Below are positions 8,730-18,219 of a DNA stretch of 64,000 nucleotides, piece after piece. Within the stretch, counting starts at the first letter, position 1, and every line of letters begins with the position of its first letter. The stretch spans positions 1,934-65,933 of the forward strand of contig JAFCFS010000001.1 in assembly GCA_017608525.1 (NCBI GenBank), in the 5' to 3' direction. This stretch comes from Candidatus Woesearchaeota archaeon. GTDB lineage: Archaea > Nanobdellota > Nanobdellia > SCGC-AAA011-G17 > GW2011-AR17. The position numbers and the translations under genes were made by a program. The notes below the pieces were generated by a model. The model was not told where the DNA came from. It saw nothing but the letters and a program-made list of their open reading frames with translations, and made no database searches.

Positions 8730-9216
8730 TTTTTTTTCTTTTTTCGTATTCCTCTTTCATCCTTATTAAATCCCCTATTGTTAATGTCGTGCTTTTGAAA
8801 TCTATCTTCTTCTTTAACGGTTCTTCCTTATACTCTGTAATTAAATTTATTCTCAAAAAGTGTTCAAGTTTTCTTGCAAGTTCTATCGTTGGTACCATAG
8901 TGCCTGCTTCCAATTTATGTATTACAGACTCTTTTTCTCCAATCGCTTTTCCAAGTTTTTCCTGTGTTAACTCCATTTTTTCCCTCGCTTCTTTAATTCT
9001 CTTTGGGTAATCTGGAACAATAGTCTCTATCGGTTCTTCAAAGACATTGCTCTCCGTTAATTTTATCCTCTTTGTAACTTCATTAACTTCTTTTTTTGGC
9101 TCTTCCACTATTTTGCCGTATTTTGAACAGAATTTGCATACTTTAAGAAAAACACCCTCTACAAGAATTTTGAATAGTTTATCAGATTTTCTACCACACA
9201 TCTCACAAATCGGCAT
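8722..9216 (-). CDS. archaeal multiprotein-bridging factor 1 (aMBF1): N-terminal zinc ribbon plus Cro/C1-type HTH
   Basis: MPICEMCGRK...CKFCSKYG (two CxxC pairs) followed by ELTQEKLGKAIGEKESVIHKLEAG (XRE-type HTH). Size about 164 aa. Confidence 0.65.
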   Translation of the reverse strand: MPICEMCGRKSDKLFKILVEGVFLKVCKFCSKYGKIVEEPKKEVNEVTKRIKLTESNVFEEPIETIVPDYPKRIKEAREKMELTQEKLGKAIGEKESVIHKLEAGTMVPTIELARKLEHFLRINLITEYKEEPLKKKIDFKSTTLTIGDLIRMKEEYEKRKKIK

Positions 9217-9314
9217 AAAAAATTAAATTACAACAAATTTTTTAAATTTTTTTACATTTCTGAAATTGAAAAAATTTTTAAGCCCTATTATTAATTTATT
9301 TATTTGGTGATAGT

Positions 9315-9947
9315 TTGAAACATGTTATTATTTTTTGTGCCCATTCTGATGATGAAGCTGTTGGAATGGGTGGAACAATTCAAAAGTTTGTTGATGAAGG
9401 ATTTAACATTGTAAAGATCGTTTTTTCTTTTGGAGAAGCAAGCCATCCTCATTTAAAAGAAAAATTAATTATTAAAAAAAGGGTTTTTGAAAGTGAAAAA
9501 ATTGCTGAAAAGTTTGGAATTAAAAAGACAATATTTTTGGGTTTGACAGACGGTAAAATTAAAGAAGAAGTTGAGAAATACAACATTAAAGACAAAATTA
9601 AAAAACTCATCAGAAAGTACAGGCCAATTAAAATTTTTGTTCCTTCTGAAAATGACCCCCATCCCGATCATAAGGCAGTAAATAAAATTGTTCTTTTGGC
9701 AATAGACGAATTAAAAAAACATTACGAAGTTTACAGCTATGAGGTTTGGAATTTAGTTAAAGAAGAAAAACCAACGATGTATGTTGATATAAGCAGATAT
9801 ATGGGTAAAAAATTGGAGTTTATGAAAAGTTTTGAAAGCCAGAAACATTTTATTTGGGTTCTTCTTCTACCAGTTATAATAAGAGGAAAAATTTACGGAT
9901 TTAAAAATGGCTGTAGATATGCAGAAAAATTTTATAAATTAAGGTGA
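9315..9947 (+). CDS. PIG-L/LmbE-family deacetylase
   Basis: N-terminal AHSDDEAVGMGGT (the HxDDE zinc-binding motif of LmbE-like N-acetylglucosaminyl deacetylases). TTG start as in the ORF track. Confidence 0.6.
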   Translation: MKHVIIFCAHSDDEAVGMGGTIQKFVDEGFNIVKIVFSFGEASHPHLKEKLIIKKRVFESEKIAEKFGIKKTIFLGLTDGKIKEEVEKYNIKDKIKKLIRKYRPIKIFVPSENDPHPDHKAVNKIVLLAIDELKKHYEVYSYEVWNLVKEEKPTMYVDISRYMGKKLEFMKSFESQKHFIWVLLLPVIIRGKIYGFKNGCRYAEKFYKLR

Positions 9948-10871
9948 TATTTCAAGAAAAACTTTGTAATCTAAGTCTATTTCTTCCCCAATAGCTGATG
10001 AAACAGCTTTTTTGATATTTTTCGGGGCCTTATAACCAAGCAGTTTAGTTAGGTCAACCGCTATATGTCCTTTTTCAACGAACTCTTTTCTTAATTTTTC
10101 TGCAAGCCTATTTATTTTTTCCACTTTTTTCCTTGTTTCTTTAAAGCATTTTTGGTAGTATAGGCATTTGTGTTTAAATTTGCTATCTTCTCTGCTTTTT
10201 AATTTGGCATTTATTAAATCTTTACATTTCCCATCAAATATGCATGATGGGCCTGCATTTTCAAATATCTTAGGGGAAACAATTTTTACAGCTAATAATT
10301 GAGTATAAGCCAGCATATTAATTTCCCATTGTGCATTCTGGCAGCATCTCAAATAGAAGAAGTTTTGAAGAAGCTCCCTTGCGTTCATTTTGCAAACTAT
10401 ATTTGTTTTTACGCCAATTGGAAGTATTGTTCTTGCATCCTCTTCATTCAAACCAAGTTCTATTGCCTCTCTATATAAATCGAATGCCTCCTTCTGTTGC
10501 TTTATATATTTTATTATCAATCCCAGATTTTTACTCTCGATCAATTTTGGTGGAACAATAAAATTGTATCCTTTTGGTTTAACGCTCCTCAAACTTTGTT
10601 GTAAATAAGAAGCGATTCTGTGCCTTACGTATTGATGAGTTAACTGCCTACTAACACCCTCAACAGAAAAAATAAATTCTCCAAATTCAAATGGACTCAT
10701 ATGTCCAACATTTAACAACTCTTCTATAGTTTTTTCTAAATTTTTTTGAGTAAAATTTTTCTTGAATAATTCTGCAGCACTTTTTTCACTCTTACATGAC
10801 TTAGTAGCACTTACAATATATTTTTCCATATCTTCCGTATAATAAAGAAGGGCAACTTTTATTTTAATCAC
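9939..10871 (-). CDS. thyX: flavin-dependent thymidylate synthase ThyX (with C-terminal extension)
   Basis: ThyX signature RHRIASYLQQS (RHRx7S) and the downstream ARTILPIGVKTNIVCKMNARELLQNFFYLRCCQNAQWEI block. Confidence 0.75.
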   Translation of the reverse strand: MIKIKVALLYYTEDMEKYIVSATKSCKSEKSAAELFKKNFTQKNLEKTIEELLNVGHMSPFEFGEFIFSVEGVSRQLTHQYVRHRIASYLQQSLRSVKPKGYNFIVPPKLIESKNLGLIIKYIKQQKEAFDLYREAIELGLNEEDARTILPIGVKTNIVCKMNARELLQNFFYLRCCQNAQWEINMLAYTQLLAVKIVSPKIFENAGPSCIFDGKCKDLINAKLKSREDSKFKHKCLYYQKCFKETRKKVEKINRLAEKLRKEFVEKGHIAVDLTKLLGYKAPKNIKKAVSSAIGEEIDLDYKVFLEISP

Positions 10872-11257
10872 CTCACAGATACTATTATTTTTCTCGATCT
10901 TGGTCCATCCAGTTCAACTAGAGCGATGCTTTGCCAAGTACCGAGAAGTAATTTTCCATTTTTAATAGGTACTGTTTCAGACGGACCGAGAATTGCTGCT
11001 TTGATGTGAGCTGCACCATTGTTATCAATTTTATCGTGTTCCCAAATACCTTCAGGAATCAATTTAGATAGTGCATTTAATATATCAGATCTCACATTTG
11101 GATCATAATTCTCGTTGATAATGATTGCTGCAGTTGCGTGTGGTACATATATAGTAACATTGCCTTCTTTCACATCTTTAACAATGTCCTCTATCTCGTT
11201 AGTTATATCAACAATTTCGTATTTTTTATTAGTTTTAATTGTTATTTCCTTTTGCAT
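10868..11257 (-). CDS. YjbQ/UPF0047 family protein (secondary thiamine-phosphate synthase-like fold)
   Basis: 129 aa. VPHATAAIIINENYDPNVRSDI ... AAHIKAAILGPSETVPIKNGKLLLGTWQSIALVELDGPRSR matches the conserved UPF0047 pattern. Confidence 0.6.
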   Translation of the reverse strand: MQKEITIKTNKKYEIVDITNEIEDIVKDVKEGNVTIYVPHATAAIIINENYDPNVRSDILNALSKLIPEGIWEHDKIDNNGAAHIKAAILGPSETVPIKNGKLLLGTWQSIALVELDGPRSRKIIVSVR

Positions 11258-13080
11258 ACTTCCACCCTTACTGCTGCTTTTTTCAAATTTGGTTCATAAA
11301 CCACTGGTGAAAATTCAATCGGTATTAATTTGTTAACAAGTATATTTCTATAATGATAAGGAACTATTATTAAATTTTTTGGAACTTTTTTACTTAGCCT
11401 CACATTTGCTTTAATTTTTCCAACTCTAGAAACAAGACATATTAATTCACCATCTTCTAAACCAATTTCTTTACCATTCTCCTCACTAATAAAACATTCC
11501 GGATGGGAAATCTCTCTCAATTTTTTAGAAGACACGCTCATGTCGCTTGTACAAAATTGATAGGGTCTTCTTGCAGTTGAGAGAATAAAAGGATAATCTT
11601 TAGATGTTGGTTCTTCAAAACCTTCGAACTCAGCAACATGATACTTTTTAAACCTAATCACTCTTTCAACAAATTGACTTTCCCCTTTTATCAATTTTTC
11701 AATGTTAATTTTGTTATAGCCCACAACATTTTTGATGATATCTTTGGTTATGCTTAAAGTATTTGTATAATTATAATGCTTACCTACATATTTTGCAAAT
11801 TCCTTTAAAATAACCCAGTTTGGTTTCGAATCAAACAATGGATTAATTGCGTTTTTAAAATACCTAACTCTACTTTCTGCACTTGTAAATGTTCCGTCTA
11901 CTTCTGCAAAACTGGAACTTGGTAGAACAACATCAGAAAATTCCATTGTTAAATTTTTGTAGCTACATTGAAGAACAATAAATGCCTTCCTAAAAACCTT
12001 ATGAACTTTATTCAAATCCGGCATCGATTGTGCTGGATTTGTCTCAAGAATCCAAAATGCTTTAGAAGGATAAAGAAAGACAGACTCTATAATAGTGTTT
12101 CCATTTTTTCCAGGAACGAGACCCATATCTTGAACACCTTGTATATTTGCCTTCCCCCTCATTGGAATTATTTTACCATTTTTTGCTATTACTAAATTTG
12201 CTGCTGAAAAAACATTTTCTACACCATAGGTATGTTGTGTTAAGACCATCCCATACATCAAACAAAAATTTTTACTTTTCTCTATTTCGTCAACGACTTT
12301 TCTAAAATCGTTTTTTTTAATTCTGCACAACTCACAAACGTATTTTTCTGTGTATTTCATTAAGAATTCAGAAATTTTTTCTTCCACTTTAACATTATTT
12401 CTCAACACCAACTCATTCAAAATGCCATTTAAAAAGATAATATGCGAGCCAGGATAAATTTTAACAAAAATATCAGCATATTCTGTAGTCTCGTCTTCTG
12501 TTTGTTTTACACAAATTATCTTGCAACCCTTCTTTTTTGCATCCAGAATTTTATTAAATGCGACTGGATAATTAGATTTTGGATTCGAGCCTGTTATAAG
12601 AATACAATCAGCATTTTTTATGTCTTTAAGCATCGCATGCGGCATTGCACTAATCCCAAAAGCCTCTTTAAGAGCATAACATGTTGAAGCATGACATAAC
12701 CTTGCACAACTGTCAATATTCTCAGTTTTGTAGATTTCGCGTGCAACTTTTTGAAAAAGAAATGCATCCTCATTTGTTGCTGGGCTTGAACCATAGAAAG
12801 TTATATCACTGGGATCAAACTTTTCCAAATTTTTAGCTATAAATTCAAATGCTTCTTCCCAATTTACTTCTCTCAATTTTCCATTTTTTCTCACCATTGG
12901 CTTTTTAATTCTGTTTTTAGAGTAAATTACTTCGTGAACAGTTAATCCCTTAATGCACGGTTTTCCCTCACTTACAGGATCATCTTTCACCGGCAAAGCA
13001 GAAATTATTTTCCCTTTTTCTATTTTTAAGTATAAAGCACAACCACAACCACAGTATGGACAAATTATTTTCTTAATCAT
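11242..13080 (-). CDS. molybdopterin (bis-MGD) oxidoreductase, formate dehydrogenase alpha-like, Cys-type
   Basis: N-terminal 4Fe-4S motif CPYCGCGCALYL...GKPCIKG. Putative active-site region CARLCHAST (Cys in place of Sec, no in-frame TGA). C-terminal molybdopterin-binding-like beta domain. Confidence 0.7.
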   Translation of the reverse strand: MIKKIICPYCGCGCALYLKIEKGKIISALPVKDDPVSEGKPCIKGLTVHEVIYSKNRIKKPMVRKNGKLREVNWEEAFEFIAKNLEKFDPSDITFYGSSPATNEDAFLFQKVAREIYKTENIDSCARLCHASTCYALKEAFGISAMPHAMLKDIKNADCILITGSNPKSNYPVAFNKILDAKKKGCKIICVKQTEDETTEYADIFVKIYPGSHIIFLNGILNELVLRNNVKVEEKISEFLMKYTEKYVCELCRIKKNDFRKVVDEIEKSKNFCLMYGMVLTQHTYGVENVFSAANLVIAKNGKIIPMRGKANIQGVQDMGLVPGKNGNTIIESVFLYPSKAFWILETNPAQSMPDLNKVHKVFRKAFIVLQCSYKNLTMEFSDVVLPSSSFAEVDGTFTSAESRVRYFKNAINPLFDSKPNWVILKEFAKYVGKHYNYTNTLSITKDIIKNVVGYNKINIEKLIKGESQFVERVIRFKKYHVAEFEGFEEPTSKDYPFILSTARRPYQFCTSDMSVSSKKLREISHPECFISEENGKEIGLEDGELICLVSRVGKIKANVRLSKKVPKNLIIVPYHYRNILVNKLIPIEFSPVVYEPNLKKAAVRVEVCKRK

Positions 13081-13113
13081 TAAAAATTAAAAGAAAAAAC
13101 TCATTTATATAAT

Positions 13114-13560
13114 TTACACAAGGAAAATAATTAAGCCGATAAGTAAAAAAGAAAGTATTATCTCTACTATACCTCCAGTTTTAAGAAAACCCCTCACTTT
13201 AAATTTAAATGGGTAAAATGGCCTAATTCCTTCTACAGTTAAAGCATCTAAAATAATATGGGATGAAAAACCAATTAAGAAAGGGTTTGAAAAATCTCTG
13301 AAAAAAGCAAAAAGAATGAAATAACATAAAAACATAAAAATTAAAGAGTGAAAAAATCCTCTGTGTGAAAAAAAGAAATTAATCATAGAAGAAAAAGGCT
13401 TGAATAACTTTCCAATTTTACTTTTTTTCAAATCTATATCCGGCACTAAAGAAGATATAGCAATTATTACAAAATGAAGATAGCTAAAATTTAGACCAAT
13501 AAATTTGTTTAGGCAAAGCCCAAAAAATATCGAAAATAGCAAATGGGTTATGAATATCAA
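13114..13560 (-). CDS. membrane-bound metal-dependent hydrolase-like protein (YdjM/DUF457-like)
   Basis: 148 aa, 4-5 TM segments. SHIILDALTVEGIRPFYPF resembles the DUF457 His/Asp motif. Confidence 0.4.
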   Translation of the reverse strand: MIFITHLLFSIFFGLCLNKFIGLNFSYLHFVIIAISSLVPDIDLKKSKIGKLFKPFSSMINFFFSHRGFFHSLIFMFLCYFILFAFFRDFSNPFLIGFSSHIILDALTVEGIRPFYPFKFKVRGFLKTGGIVEIILSFLLIGLIIFLV

Positions 13561-14546
13561 TTTTCTATTCTTTTTAACACTTCTCCAGGATTGAGCTCAA
13601 AAACGTCTCTTGCCATGAATTCAAGTCTTTCTTCAAACATATTATTTTTTGTAACTTTCCCCACAACCCCAACTTGCATACCAAGAAGTTTTTCTCTTAT
13701 TGGTTCAAAAATTTCATAATCTTGCCTTATTTTTTCCAGCTCTTCCCTTTGCAAACCGATTAATTTTTCTGCATTTTCTCTAAAGCAAACAACCCTTATA
13801 TTTTCTGTTCCGTCGTCCAAAAAGAAAGTTAATACTGGTATTAGTACCTCATTTACAAACCCGTGTTCTTTGCATGAAAATTTATCGCCCACCAATTCTA
13901 ATCTCTTTCCACATTCCGGGCAAGCTTCAAAAAAAGAAGGTCTAAAAACTTGGACTATTGTGCCTTCAATTTTGGCAAAATCATTTTCTTTTAAATCCTT
14001 AATTTTCTTTTTTTGGATTTCCAATTTTGAAGAAACATTTTCTATTTTTTCACCCTCAGGATTAACTTCTATTTCTGCAAGACTTCCAAGATGGATTTCT
14101 TTCACCCCATTATTTTCCTTAACATACCCACTTTTTATTAGAAGAGTATCACCCTCTTTAAATAAACCATTTTCGATTTTGTTTATAAGTTTTTCATCCC
14201 ATACAACAACTCTTGTAGTTCCTGTTTCATCGCCAAACAAAAAAGAAACAATCCTTCCTTCCCTTTTAGGAGTCTTAAAATTTTTAACCTCGTAGATTTT
14301 AATAACCTTCCCTAAAACCTCCACATTCCTCAGCACTGAAGATAGCTGATTAATTTTAAATCTTTTTAATGTTTTATCAATAAGTTTTACTCCCAATTCG
14401 TTAGCAACTATGTAAGCAGCACCTTCTTTAGATATTAAATAAGATAGTTGCTCCAGTTTTTCTTTAATCAATTCTTCAACTTTACTCTCCTCTAAATTTT
14501 TATCTTTACAAATTTTTTTAATTATTTCCTCATAGGCAAGTTGCAT
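13557..14546 (-). CDS. replication protein A (ssDNA-binding, OB folds plus zinc ribbon)
   Basis: Two OB-fold-like segments (RIVSFLFGDETGTTRVVVWDEKL; IRVVCFRENAEKL) and a CPECGKR...CKEHG C4/C3H zinc ribbon, as in archaeal RPA. Confidence 0.6.
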   Translation of the reverse strand: MQLAYEEIIKKICKDKNLEESKVEELIKEKLEQLSYLISKEGAAYIVANELGVKLIDKTLKRFKINQLSSVLRNVEVLGKVIKIYEVKNFKTPKREGRIVSFLFGDETGTTRVVVWDEKLINKIENGLFKEGDTLLIKSGYVKENNGVKEIHLGSLAEIEVNPEGEKIENVSSKLEIQKKKIKDLKENDFAKIEGTIVQVFRPSFFEACPECGKRLELVGDKFSCKEHGFVNEVLIPVLTFFLDDGTENIRVVCFRENAEKLIGLQREELEKIRQDYEIFEPIREKLLGMQVGVVGKVTKNNMFEERLEFMARDVFELNPGEVLKRIEN

Positions 14547-14599
14547 TTTAAAAAAAGAAATCCTTTTCTATTTAAAAAATTATTCAAAAAAAGAAAAAA

Positions 14600-15514
14600 T
14601 TACGGTTCAAGCCATATTTTTACTGGCTCTATTTTATCTTCGTATGCAAAGTTTTTTAAGGTTATTGTTAATTCACTTGGATCGGGTCCTAGTATTGAAG
14701 GATCGATTTCCGTGATTCTACATGAAATTGTCCTTGATTTGTCTTCCCTCGATAGTGTAATCTCTCCATTGTTTTCACAGCTAACAGGGAATGCACCTTT
14801 CACTTCCACCTTTAGCTCTTCTTTCGGCCTTTTCTCGTATTTAAAGCAATCACCCAATGATTTAACCAAACGACCTGTTCCAACATTTTTAATTGTAATT
14901 TTAAAGTTTAATTTTCCAACACCATTCTCCACTTTCACGACTCCCTGCTCCAAATCCACAACTTGAACCGATGATGCTGGATTCGAACCCGTAGGAAGAT
15001 TTTCACCAATCTCTGTTGCTTTATCTGTATAATAAATATTTGCTTTTACATTAATTGGAATCTCATAACAATATTCACCCTTAATTTCTTTTGATATCTT
15101 CGTTGTTATTTCCCCAACATATTTAATCGGTCCTAAACTAATCTCTTTTGGATAAGAATCACAAGTAGCTGGATCAACACCACTTAACTCTGGATTTGTT
15201 GCTTGTTTTGCACCTACGAAAAAAGCAGGAATGGCAGCATCACCAATTAGCCTTAGTTTCACTTTTCCTGCCGGGATATCTTGTTGGAGTTTATTTGTCA
15301 GTTCAACCATAACATCAATATCTTCACCAGGTAAGTAGGTATCAATTTCAGAGGAAACAGGCGCATCCGGAGCAAATCTAGCCTCTATCGCTTTGGATCC
15401 TGTACATTTATAGTAACCAGGCGCCGTAGTTTTCTTCCTTTCGCATTCTTCAGCACCAAAAACAAGAAATAGGGAAACCATCAATATAAATGTTAATGCA
15501 ATTTTTCTCTTCAT
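14600..15514 (-). CDS. secreted hypothetical protein (signal peptide)
   Basis: N-terminal MKRKIALTFILMVSLFLVFGA signal/anchor, Cys-containing mature part. Third gene of a co-directional exported-protein operon. Confidence 0.45.
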   Translation of the reverse strand: MKRKIALTFILMVSLFLVFGAEECERKKTTAPGYYKCTGSKAIEARFAPDAPVSSEIDTYLPGEDIDVMVELTNKLQQDIPAGKVKLRLIGDAAIPAFFVGAKQATNPELSGVDPATCDSYPKEISLGPIKYVGEITTKISKEIKGEYCYEIPINVKANIYYTDKATEIGENLPTGSNPASSVQVVDLEQGVVKVENGVGKLNFKITIKNVGTGRLVKSLGDCFKYEKRPKEELKVEVKGAFPVSCENNGEITLSREDKSRTISCRITEIDPSILGPDPSELTITLKNFAYEDKIEPVKIWLEP

Positions 15515-15563
15515 ATCAACACCCCCATAATTTAAATCGATTTGATTCTATATAAATTTTTGG

Positions 15564-16469
15564 TTAGTAAACAGTGAAAGTACTCGATTTTATCTTCTCA
15601 AATGAATAGGAAACCTCTATTTTAATTTTTGGTTGATAATTTTTGTATAGGTAAGCTCCACTTTCGTCAAAGAGATTAAATTTCATATTACAATCAACTT
15701 CGGCTTCACCATCCTTAAATACCGCCCTTCCACAATAAAATTCTCCATAATCTGGAACGTCTTTAAGAATAACCTCTACTTCCTCCTCATATTCTTGCAA
15801 AATACAGCCATATTCCCTAAAACTCTCCAGACCCAAAATATTCCCATCCTTTGATTTTTTAAGTTTGATATGGAAAACTACATCAGCAAAATTTTTCTCG
15901 GGCATTAAAGTTTCAGTAATTTGAACAATCTCAATTGGAGCTTTGGATGAAGTTTTCAATAAATTTCCCTCTTGCCTGCATTCCGGTCCATTTAATTCCT
16001 TTTTAATGCACGGCTTGAATTCACCAGTTGTTTTATAAGAATACCTTGCTGAAAATGTTAGTGTATAAGCCCCGGATGCATCGGGTGAAATGCTAAAAGG
16101 TCCAAACTCTATTGTCTCCTCTCTATAATTTGGCGAATTGGGATTTGTACTTATTTCGAAAGGGACACATTCGCAATCTCTAAAACCATAAAACGTTTCT
16201 CCATCAAGACCAAAAATACACAACGTGCCTTCAGTATCAATATCTCCAGTATTTTCTATCCTAACTGCTGGTCTAAATTCATATTCTTTATTGATTTTTT
16301 CTCTGTTTTTCGGGAATAAAATATAAAAATCCACATCACCACCAGATACTGAAATTTTTCCTCCTTTTGGTAATCCAGGAAGTTTTTCTACTAAATGCTG
16401 AAAATTCTCTACACAACCCCCAAAGAAGATGCAACATGCAATTAAAATAACAAGCATTTCCTTTTTCAT
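15564..16469 (-). CDS. secreted hypothetical protein (signal peptide)
   Basis: N-terminal MKKEMLVILIACCIFFGGCV. Multiple Cys. 4-nt overlap with the upstream gene. Confidence 0.45.
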   Translation of the reverse strand: MKKEMLVILIACCIFFGGCVENFQHLVEKLPGLPKGGKISVSGGDVDFYILFPKNREKINKEYEFRPAVRIENTGDIDTEGTLCIFGLDGETFYGFRDCECVPFEISTNPNSPNYREETIEFGPFSISPDASGAYTLTFSARYSYKTTGEFKPCIKKELNGPECRQEGNLLKTSSKAPIEIVQITETLMPEKNFADVVFHIKLKKSKDGNILGLESFREYGCILQEYEEEVEVILKDVPDYGEFYCGRAVFKDGEAEVDCNMKFNLFDESGAYLYKNYQPKIKIEVSYSFEKIKSSTFTVY

Positions 16470-17584
16470 TTTTCTATCGTTACATATTCTTTTTTCTCTT
16501 TTGGGCCATAAACATAGCTTGCTTTAACAATATACATTTTTTTCAAATACGGGCCAACAACAATATTCTCAGGTATTTTTAAAAAGCATTCAAAATTTAT
16601 AACTTCTTTTCCTCCTTCAAATTTTAAACTTTCAAGTATGTCATTTGGGGCAACATATTCTGTAAAACCTCTTAACTGGGATGCTTTAACAAATGGGCAA
16701 ACAACAGAAGGGTTCTTTGAAAGTTCTGAATCAATCTCTATTCCATCAGGCAAGTACAATCTAATTTCTGTAATGTTTATAAGTTTACCATCCCACATAT
16801 TTCTAAGAATAATCCCAACAAAAGGGGTATAACCTTCTCCAATAATCACTGGCTGTTCTGTGTCAGTTACACCAATAGATATTTCAATTGGTTCACCATT
16901 ATAAGTTACCCTTATTGGTTTAGAAACGTCTATACCGAAATGCCTAAAAAAATCTTCCCCTTTAAGTCTCTCGAAAATTCTGCTTGTCGTTATAAACACA
17001 TCAATCTTTGCTTCCTGTTCGATTGGAAATGTAAATCCACCTACTATTTCTTCTTTTCCACTCAGATTCTCAGTTTTTGAAATCAAACACCTGACATTTG
17101 TTCTTCCATATGGTGAAATTATTGGATTCTTGGGTATAATTTCTCCCTTTATATCTTCATAAGGCATACTACAATAAAATTGAGGGAATATTTCTTTTTC
17201 GTAATTTTTTAATTCAATCTCATATTTTAAAGTTATTGGTGTTCCCGGTGGAATCCTTTTACTACCGACCAATTTGAAATCTTTGAATACTAAACCCCTT
17301 ATAGTTGAGGACTTATTTAGTTCTGTTCCCCAACCGCTTTCTCCAATTTTTTTAGCCCTCTCGAGCTGTTCAGAGTACCAAAATAGGTATCTCTTCATAC
17401 CTTCAAAGGCATGCGATATTTTTTTCTTCCCTTCTTCACTAGTTGCCCAATAATAAGCTACAACACCCAAATATAATAATCCAGCCAACAAAATAAGAAT
17501 TGCGATGATTTTAATAATAGATTTAATGGACCTCGGACCTGGAAAATATGCTCTATAATAGAATTTAGGACTTTCTTGCTCCAT
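16466..17584 (-). CDS. membrane-anchored extracellular hypothetical protein
   Basis: Single N-terminal TM (IIKIIAILILLAGLLYLGVVAYYWAT) followed by about 320 aa with no cytoplasmic-type motifs. First gene of the exported-protein operon. Confidence 0.45.
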   Translation of the reverse strand: MEQESPKFYYRAYFPGPRSIKSIIKIIAILILLAGLLYLGVVAYYWATSEEGKKKISHAFEGMKRYLFWYSEQLERAKKIGESGWGTELNKSSTIRGLVFKDFKLVGSKRIPPGTPITLKYEIELKNYEKEIFPQFYCSMPYEDIKGEIIPKNPIISPYGRTNVRCLISKTENLSGKEEIVGGFTFPIEQEAKIDVFITTSRIFERLKGEDFFRHFGIDVSKPIRVTYNGEPIEISIGVTDTEQPVIIGEGYTPFVGIILRNMWDGKLINITEIRLYLPDGIEIDSELSKNPSVVCPFVKASQLRGFTEYVAPNDILESLKFEGGKEVINFECFLKIPENIVVGPYLKKMYIVKASYVYGPKEKKEYVTIEK

Positions 17585-17621
17585 ATGAAAAATAAATTAT
17601 ATAAAGTATAAAAACTTTTTT

Positions 17622-18134
17622 GTGAGTATGCTCCCAATATGTGTAGAAGCAATAATAAGGGCATTCTTCCACTTTCTAAAATTTTTATTGCATAAATGGT
17701 TCCTAGTTCTTCTTTTAATTATTATTTTAGCTATACTAAGAAAGCCGCTCATTATAGGGATTGCAGGCTATATTGCTAAACTTCCTACTTTAATTCCTGC
17801 AATTTCAACTGCATGGTATTACAACCCATTTGTTCAAATCATTGTTTGGATTACGATGTTGCTTTTTTCTCCCGTAAACATTTTCATTAAAATAGCCTCT
17901 CTTCCATTTTTCTTTTTCGCAGGACTCGTCATTGGTGTTCTTTCAATAATCCCCTATGTTGGTAAAGTAATTACTCTAATCCCTTTTGCCCCTGTTGTTG
18001 GTTATTTACTTTCCGTGCCAACGATAAATAACTTTCTAGCTTTAGTTCCAGCTTTTTATGGATTAAAAATATGGCTATTTGGAGGAAAATATTTTTGTAC
18101 AGCAATAAACAAATTCTTAAAGTTCTTTGAATGA
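17622..18134 (+). CDS. polytopic membrane protein, unknown function
   Basis: 170 aa, 4-5 hydrophobic helices. Divergent from the exported-protein operon. Confidence 0.35.
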   Translation: MSMLPICVEAIIRAFFHFLKFLLHKWFLVLLLIIILAILRKPLIIGIAGYIAKLPTLIPAISTAWYYNPFVQIIVWITMLLFSPVNIFIKIASLPFFFFAGLVIGVLSIIPYVGKVITLIPFAPVVGYLLSVPTINNFLALVPAFYGLKIWLFGGKYFCTAINKFLKFFE

Positions 18135-18219
18135 ACCACTATTAAGTGATTAAAAAATGGAAAAATTTAAATATGATTTCTAAAAATTAACAAAAAAAGG
18201 AATTGCCGGAGGACTTAAA

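Noticed and set aside
11242-13080. Possible selenocysteine (in-frame TGA plus SECIS) in the FdhA-like gene
   Set aside because: The ORF is uninterrupted and the active-site position carries Cys (CARLCHAST), so it is a Cys-type enzyme.
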